Shown piece after piece: positions 58,601 to 64,000 of a DNA stretch of 64,000 nt. Origin of the DNA: an uncultured Actinomycetes bacterium (GTDB lineage Bacteria > Actinomycetota > Acidimicrobiia > Acidimicrobiales > JACDEA01); NCBI GenBank assembly GCA_963742585.1, contig CAVUMI010000003.1, positions 84,345-148,344 of the forward strand, written 5' to 3'. Position 1 is the first letter of the stretch. Each line of letters starts with the position of its first letter. Under the pieces are notes generated by a model. The model was given only the letters and a program-made list of their open reading frames with translations, did not search any database and was not told the DNA's origin. A program made the translations under genes and the position numbers.

Positions 58601-61492
58601 TCACGCCAGCCCGGTCATCCCGAGCGCCGCTCCGAGCTCCCGCGCCTCGCCCGCCAACGCCATGGCGTCGTCGTGTCGGCCCGGGATCCGCGCGAGCGAC
58701 GCCGCCCACCACGTCTTGGTGCGGGCCACCAGCGGTGGCGCGTCCATCGCCTCCTCCAGCGCGAGGGCGCGCCGGTAGCGGTCGTCGGCCTCCTCAGGTC
58801 GGCCGTCGAGCGCGGCGAGCATGCCGAGAAATCGGTCGACCGCGCCGACGCAGTACGCGCCGTAACCGACCACCGCGATAGTGCCGGCGAACGGCGCCAG
58901 TCGCTCACGGAGCCAGCGCCCGCCTTCGACGTGGCCGAGCCGCACCGCCGTTTCGGCCAGCATGGCCAGCGCGGCGACGTAGGCCAGGTCGCGCTGCACC
59001 ATGGCGAAGTCGTCGGCGGCGATGATCTCGTAGTGGCGGCGGGCGTCGTCGAGCTCGCCCAGGTCGGCGTAGGCCAGGGCCACCCCGCAGCGCGCAACGC
59101 GCGACGGCATGCGTTCGAGCGAGTCCTCGACGAGCGTGATCATGTCGCGCAGCTCGCCTTGCTCGCGCGCCACCCAGAACATCTGGGCCGCCCACGCGGT
59201 GAAGAAGTCGGGGTCGCCGCCGGCCACGTCGAGCATGCGTTTGGTCAGGCGGCGCACGTCGGCGAAGCGGCCGGCGATCAGTGCCTGCAGCGTGCGCCAC
59301 TCGGCGGCGAACGCGCGGAACTGCCACGAGTTCAGCGCGTCGCCCAAGCGCTCCACCTCGGCGGTGTCGGTCTCGAAGCCGGCGGCGTCGCCGCTGACCA
59401 GCCGCATGGCGCCACGGATCTGGTAGCCGAAGGCGCGGGCCCGAAGATCGGTCTGGCCCAGCGCGAGCAGCTCCTCGGCCAGCGCCACCTGCTCGGCGAT
59501 GCGAGGCGTCGCCCGCAACGTCACGGCGCGCACGAAGAGCGCGTCGACGACCACGGCAGGGTCGCCGACGGCGCGAGCCAGGCGCAGCGCGTCCTCGGCC
59601 AGGGGTTCGACGTCGGCGCCCCGGCTCTCGGACCATGCCCGGTAGTAGGCGGCCAGCGTGGTGAGCCGGGCCCGCAGCGGCGGCTCATCGCCGCCCAGCG
59701 CGGCGAGCGCCTCCTCGACCAGCGCGATCGACGTGGTGTCCGGCCGGCCGAAGTGCGCCCACCGCGCGTGCACGGCCGCGGCGTGCCCGAGGAGGTCGGC
59801 CCGACCGAGCGCCCGCGCTGCTTCGGCGGCGACCGCAGCCGACTCCTTGGCCGTGTCGACCTGGCCGAGGCGGTGCTGCACGTCGCCCAGCGCGATCAAC
59901 AGCTGCGCGTGGTTCTCGGGGTCGGTCACCGCGCCCGACTGGTAGACGGCGAGCGCCCGCTCGAGAATCGCCGCCGCCTCCTCCCAGGCGAACACGTGCA
60001 GTGCCTCGGCCGCGGCCAGACCGGCGTAGTGCGCCGCCTTGGCCGCGGCGGCCGAACCGGCCAGCGCCAGGTGATGGGCCAGCGCGCCGGCGGGCGCGTC
60101 GGGCAACGACTCCAGCGCCTGGGCCACGCGGCGGTGCATCACCGAGCGGCGAGTCCGGGTCAGACCGGCGTAGATGGACTCGCGCACCACGGCGTGACAG
60201 AACGTGAAGCGTCGCGACCCATCATCGACCGCGCCCACAACCTTGGCCGCAGTCGCCTCCTCCAGCGCCTCGTCGACGACCGCGCCCTCCTCGGCCAGTT
60301 CGAGCACCTCCGCGCTGAACTCCCGTCCGACCACCGCGGCCAGTGCCAGCACGCGATTGGTGTCGGGCGAAAGCCGGTCCACGCGACGGAGGGCGACGTC
60401 GCGCACGCTTTCGGGCAGGCCGCCGTCGGAGAGGTGGGCGGCCATCTCCCGCACGAAGTACGGGTTACCGCCAGTGCTCGAGACGAGCCGCGCCGCGATT
60501 TCGTCGTCGTCGACCAGCGCGGCCACCGCGGCGGCATCGAGGCCGTCCAGCGTGATCGTCTCGCCGCGGTCGGCGATCTCGAGGAGGCGCGACGGGGGTG
60601 CCAGGTCGGTGTCCCGAAAGGTGCCGACCACCAGTACGCGCTCGAGACCCGTCGACTCGATGAGGTGCTGCAGCAACAGGAGCGTCGACGGTGCCGCCCA
60701 GTGCAGATCATCGAGCACCAGCAGCAGGCCGGACGGCGTCGCCACCTCCCCGATGGCGGCGACCACGGCGTCGAAGAGGCGCCGCCGCTCGGCGGCCGGG
60801 TCGGGCCCGGCCACGTTGGCGTCGGATCGCGGCAGCGCGCCGAGGGCCTCGATGAACGGTTGGTAGGAGATGCCGACGTCTTCGGCGCAGGCGCCATAGC
60901 GGACGGGGGCGCCGTCGGCGATGACGGTCGACGCCAGCTCGGCGACGAGGCGCGTCTTGCCGATGCCCGCTTCGCCGGCGACGAACACAACCGCGAACCC
61001 GTCACGCGCCGCTCGGGCCCACGCGGCCCGAAGCCGGTCGAGCTCGGCGGTCCGACCCGAGAACGGCGAGTCGTCGAGCTCGCGGGCGAGCTGGGCAGGT
61101 AGCGCGGGCCGCGCCGTCACCGGTTGCCACCGCAGCTCGCGGGCGGCGACCGGATCGGTCACCGCAGGAACAGCCTCGAAGCTGCGCCGGGTGCCGGCCA
61201 GGGTGACGACGAGCTCGGAGGCCAGGATCTGCCCGGCGCCCGCCTGGCGACACAGCGCCTGGGCCACGGTGGCCGGGTCGTCGGCCGACTCGCCCACGTG
61301 CAGCCCCACCGGTGCGCCGCCGCCCGTCGCCGTCTGCAGGTCGATGGCGCAGTCGCACGCGCTCACGGCACTGGAGAAGATGGCGACACCGGGATCGTCG
61401 GACGGCACGCCGCCGTGGGTGTCGACCAGCGCCTTGAGCGCGTCGATATCGTCGGTGTCCGTAGCCAGCACGGTGACGATCCCAGTCGGCAT
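58601..61492 (-). CDS. AAA_16/STAND ATPase-TPR protein with a degenerate cyclase-homology N-domain (intact paralog)
   Basis: 963 aa. FSGRTAELDRLRAAWARAARDGFAVVFVAGEAGIGKTRL, LLLVLDDLHWA, long helical/TPR C-terminus. Confidence 0.85.
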   Translation of the reverse strand: MPTGIVTVLATDTDDIDALKALVDTHGGVPSDDPGVAIFSSAVSACDCAIDLQTATGGGAPVGLHVGESADDPATVAQALCRQAGAGQILASELVVTLAGTRRSFEAVPAVTDPVAARELRWQPVTARPALPAQLARELDDSPFSGRTAELDRLRAAWARAARDGFAVVFVAGEAGIGKTRLVAELASTVIADGAPVRYGACAEDVGISYQPFIEALGALPRSDANVAGPDPAAERRRLFDAVVAAIGEVATPSGLLLVLDDLHWAAPSTLLLLQHLIESTGLERVLVVGTFRDTDLAPPSRLLEIADRGETITLDGLDAAAVAALVDDDEIAARLVSSTGGNPYFVREMAAHLSDGGLPESVRDVALRRVDRLSPDTNRVLALAAVVGREFSAEVLELAEEGAVVDEALEEATAAKVVGAVDDGSRRFTFCHAVVRESIYAGLTRTRRSVMHRRVAQALESLPDAPAGALAHHLALAGSAAAAKAAHYAGLAAAEALHVFAWEEAAAILERALAVYQSGAVTDPENHAQLLIALGDVQHRLGQVDTAKESAAVAAEAARALGRADLLGHAAAVHARWAHFGRPDTTSIALVEEALAALGGDEPPLRARLTTLAAYYRAWSESRGADVEPLAEDALRLARAVGDPAVVVDALFVRAVTLRATPRIAEQVALAEELLALGQTDLRARAFGYQIRGAMRLVSGDAAGFETDTAEVERLGDALNSWQFRAFAAEWRTLQALIAGRFADVRRLTKRMLDVAGGDPDFFTAWAAQMFWVAREQGELRDMITLVEDSLERMPSRVARCGVALAYADLGELDDARRHYEIIAADDFAMVQRDLAYVAALAMLAETAVRLGHVEGGRWLRERLAPFAGTIAVVGYGAYCVGAVDRFLGMLAALDGRPEEADDRYRRALALEEAMDAPPLVARTKTWWAASLARIPGRHDDAMALAGEARELGAALGMTGLA

Positions 61493-61503
61493 CGTCGCGA
61501 ACG

Positions 61504-62880
61504 TTACGGCCCGGGGACCAGGACGTTGAGCGGGTCGTCGCCCTTGACGATGCTGAACTCCGATGGTCCGTCGAACACTTCACCGTCGGCGGCCAGCCGC
61601 AACGCGCCGTTGAGCGATCGAACTTCGAGGCGATCGGCGATGCGCTCCTCGTAGACCCGCGACCGCCCGAGCCGGCCGGTGAGCACGGCGAGGACGAGCC
61701 GCGTTCGCGAGAAGGGCGACGCGGCGTCGACCAGCCGAATGTCGAGCTGGCCGTCATCGAGCCGTTCCCGCCAGCTGGGTGCGAAGCCGTGCGGGTGGTA
61801 CCGGCAGTTGCCGATGAACGCCATCCACACGCGGCGGCGGCGACCGTCGATCTCGAGCTCGAGCGGTTCGGCCCGGCGCAGCACCGACGCCAGCGCGACG
61901 ACCACCGCCGGCCACTTGCCGATCCGGCGTTCGAGGCGCTCGCGGGCGTCGACCAGATCGGTGTACACGCCGAAGCTGGCCGTGTTGAGGAACAGGCGGT
62001 CGGCGATCGTCGCGATGTCGACAGCGACGACCCGACCCTGACTCGCGTCGGCCGCATCGCTCACCGACTCGATACCGAGCGCGTGGGCGAAGTGGTTGAG
62101 CGTGCCGCCGGGAATGACCAGCAGCGGCTTGCCGGCGGCATGCGCGGCCTGGGCGGCGTGGTTGACCGTTCCGTCCCCGCCGCTCACGCCGAGGACATCG
62201 GCTTTAGCGGCACGCTCGAAGGCGGCGGGGAGCTCGTCGGGCTCCTCCACGCAGATGACGTCGGCCGTCGGTAGCGCGTCGGCGATCTTCTTCACCGGAT
62301 CGGGGCCGAGGACCGAGCCCGCCGCCGCGTTGACCACGACGGCTATCGAGTCCCCAACCGCGCCACCGGCGGCATCGAACGTCGCCCGTGCCTTGGCCGC
62401 TTCGTGGGGCGCGACCGGCCACACGCGTCGCGTGGCCACGGCGAAGCCCAGGCCCATGGCCGCGCCGATGGCAACGTCACTCCGATGGTGGTGACCGGTC
62501 CGCACCCGCGACCACGACACCGCGGCGGCGGTCGCTCCGAGCACGGGCGCGACCACCGGCAGCTCCATCGACGCTCCGGTGGCGAACGCGAACGCGGCCG
62601 CCGCGTGCGAGCTCGGCAGCGACGACGTGGTCGGCTTCGTTCGGCGGGCGAGCAACGCGGGCAACCGGTGCCGCGGTCTTCGCCGCCGGATCAACGGCTT
62701 GGCCGCCGCGGCGGCGACCTCGACCGCGCCCAACGACAGCAGCCCGCGCGACGCGGCGCGGCGGCCGAACCGGCCTCCGACGGCGGCGAGGGCGGCGGCG
62801 ACGGCGAGCCACACCCGCGCCCCGTCGGCGGCGCGCGAGAGCAGGCCGAACACGACATCGCTGCGAACGTGGCGCTTCAC
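61504..62880 (-). CDS. PAP2 phosphatase - diacylglycerol/lipid kinase (DAGK_cat) fusion protein
   Basis: The GTG at 62878-62880 overlaps the DedA TGA (GTGA). PAP2 motifs KPLIRRRRP, PSSH, SRVRTGHHHRSD. Kinase motifs VVVNAAAG, GVSGGDGTVNHA. Confidence 0.8.
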   Translation of the reverse strand: MKRHVRSDVVFGLLSRAADGARVWLAVAAALAAVGGRFGRRAASRGLLSLGAVEVAAAAAKPLIRRRRPRHRLPALLARRTKPTTSSLPSSHAAAAFAFATGASMELPVVAPVLGATAAAVSWSRVRTGHHHRSDVAIGAAMGLGFAVATRRVWPVAPHEAAKARATFDAAGGAVGDSIAVVVNAAAGSVLGPDPVKKIADALPTADVICVEEPDELPAAFERAAKADVLGVSGGDGTVNHAAQAAHAAGKPLLVIPGGTLNHFAHALGIESVSDAADASQGRVVAVDIATIADRLFLNTASFGVYTDLVDARERLERRIGKWPAVVVALASVLRRAEPLELEIDGRRRRVWMAFIGNCRYHPHGFAPSWRERLDDGQLDIRLVDAASPFSRTRLVLAVLTGRLGRSRVYEERIADRLEVRSLNGALRLAADGEVFDGPSEFSIVKGDDPLNVLVPGP

Positions 62881-63527
62881 ATTCGTGCCAAGGCGCGTCC
62901 GGCGCCGATAAGGAGCACGGCCAGCATGGCGATCCCGACGCCGGTCAACCACGGTCCGGCGTCGTGGTACGCGGCGCCGAAGAGGTAGCCGGCACCGATG
63001 ACCTCGGCGATCGAGGCAACGCCACCGGCGAGGTCGGCGGGCAGGAACTTCTTGGTCGGCATGTCCGAGGCTCCGGCGGCGGCGGCGAGGAGCGACGACG
63101 GGAAGATGGCCAGCCGTCCGATGACCACGATGCGCTGGCCGTGGCGATCGAGGAGCTTGCAGAACTTGCGGATGCGCTTGGTGGGAAGGATCCGGCCGGC
63201 GAAGGACGGGATCGCTTTGCCGCTCTGGATCTCCTTCGAGTACCCCCGCCCGAGGTAATAGAAGTGCCACACGCCGACGAGGGCGAGCGGCACTGCGGCG
63301 GCGATCAGCAACAGGAGGTTGACGTCGCCCCGGCGGGCGAGGAAGCCGCCGGCCAGCAGCACCTCCTTGGTGGGTCGCAGCAACACCAGCACGAGGAAGT
63401 GGTCGTCGTAGAGAACCGGGGCGAGCGGGATGGCGATGACGCCGAGCGCGGCGCGGGCGGCGCCGAGCCACAGCAACCAGGTCCGGTTCTGCCGGATGGT
63501 GGTTGTCGTCATCGGATGGGTACGCAA
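62877..63527 (-). CDS. DedA/SNARE-associated family membrane protein
   Basis: 216 aa multi-TM with the HFYYLGRGY..LLDRHGQRIVVIGRL pattern. Confidence 0.75.
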   Translation of the reverse strand: MRTHPMTTTTIRQNRTWLLWLGAARAALGVIAIPLAPVLYDDHFLVLVLLRPTKEVLLAGGFLARRGDVNLLLLIAAAVPLALVGVWHFYYLGRGYSKEIQSGKAIPSFAGRILPTKRIRKFCKLLDRHGQRIVVIGRLAIFPSSLLAAAAGASDMPTKKFLPADLAGGVASIAEVIGAGYLFGAAYHDAGPWLTGVGIAMLAVLLIGAGRALARM

Positions 63528-63533
63528 CAGGGC

Positions 63534-64000
63534 ATGCGCATCGGTCTTCCCCAGAACGTGCGCGATCGACTCGACCCGTCGAGTCGGTATGGCCTCCGGG
63601 TCACGCTGTTCGCCATCGCCACCGTGCTCGTGGCGGTGCCGTTTTCGTTCCTACTGCTCCAAGTGCTCAGGCAGGGCCCGGTCACGCGTATCGACCAAGG
63701 CGCGGCGGAAGACCTGTATCGGGCGGCGGCGGATCGTCCTGCCGTGATCGAGGTGTTCAAGGTCATCAGCCTGCTCGGCAAGCCGTTGTGGCTGGGCATC
63801 GCCATCGGGGCCGGCGCCCTCTATGCGGCGTTTCACGGCCGGCGCCGGCTCGCGCTGTATCTCATCGTGACGGCGATCGGCGGCGGCCTGGTCGACAGCG
63901 CAGTGAAGGTGCTGGTCAACCGGCCCCGTCCGGAGATCGAGGATCAGCTCGTCCACGTGTTCGGCAAGAGCTTCCCGTCGGGCCACGCCATGTCGTCGAC
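63534..64000 (+). CDS. PAP2 family phosphatase (partial, runs off the window end)
   Basis: My own translation from the ATG at 63534: MRIGLPQNVRDRL..TLFAIATVLVAVPFSFLLL..KVLVNRPRP..GKSFPSGHAMSS. Confidence 0.7.
   Translation, partial: MRIGLPQNVRDRLDPSSRYGLRVTLFAIATVLVAVPFSFLLLQVLRQGPVTRIDQGAAEDLYRAAADRPAVIEVFKVISLLGKPLWLGIAIGAGALYAAFHGRRRLALYLIVTAIGGGLVDSAVKVLVNRPRPEIEDQLVHVFGKSFPSGHAMSS

Noticed and set aside
57929-61102. 1057-aa plus-strand ORF, with a similar 1022-aa ORF at 43778-46846 on the minus strand
   Set aside because: Both are antisense shadows of the large ATPase-TPR genes. They have no motifs and a skewed Arg/Gly/Val composition, while the opposite strands carry clear Walker motifs.
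1-64000. tRNA, rRNA, riboswitch or other structured ncRNA genes
   Set aside because: Intergenic spaces are short and are mostly explained by hairpins or repeats. No cloverleaf-like or conserved ncRNA pattern was recognisable by eye. A covariance-model scan would be needed for certainty.

Overview
High-GC (about 70% by hand counts), Actinomycetota-like chromosomal segment with about 60 protein genes. I saw no rRNA, tRNA, CRISPR array or intact transposase. Content, left to right: (1) acyl-CoA dehydrogenase, a MacB/FtsX-type ABC exporter pair, and small SCP2, DUF427, SRPBCC and beta-carbonic-anhydrase genes. (2) Two adjacent Liv-type (HAAT family) ABC uptake operons on the minus strand. One has an embedded acyl-CoA synthetase. 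The other has a membrane-anchored binding protein, a fused permease-ATPase, an alpha/beta hydrolase and a divergent TetR-esterase pair. (3) A minus-strand ECF sigma / anti-sigma operon that also encodes a secreted FN3-like protein, a 50-aa acidic protein and a RimK-like ATP-grasp ligase. It lies next to a ~1350-aa LPXTG-anchored S8 subtilase. (4) Assorted redox and hydrolase genes (SGNH lipase, nitronate monooxygenase, DUF1272, FAD oxidoreductase, VOC, TetR, esterase, GHMP kinase, RDD, AhpD-like pair, DUF2804, beta-lactamase-fold hydrolase). (5) A 1378-aa secreted protein with internal repeats and no recognisable family. (6) A decayed patch at 53.2-58.6 kb (DUF222-HNH relic, truncated genes, one lower-GC gene, a shattered gene relic). 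(7) A lipid-phosphate cluster (PAP2-DAGK fusion, DedA, PAP2). Four paralogous large AAA_16/STAND ATPase-TPR proteins with degenerate N-terminal cyclase-homology domains are scattered through the window. Two families of conserved palindromic repeats occur, and one copy of each is absorbed into a coding region. At least 12 genes carry indel-type frame breaks. Some sit in G/C homopolymers, so assembly error and real decay cannot be separated from sequence alone. All functional calls rest on motif recognition by eye, with no database search.
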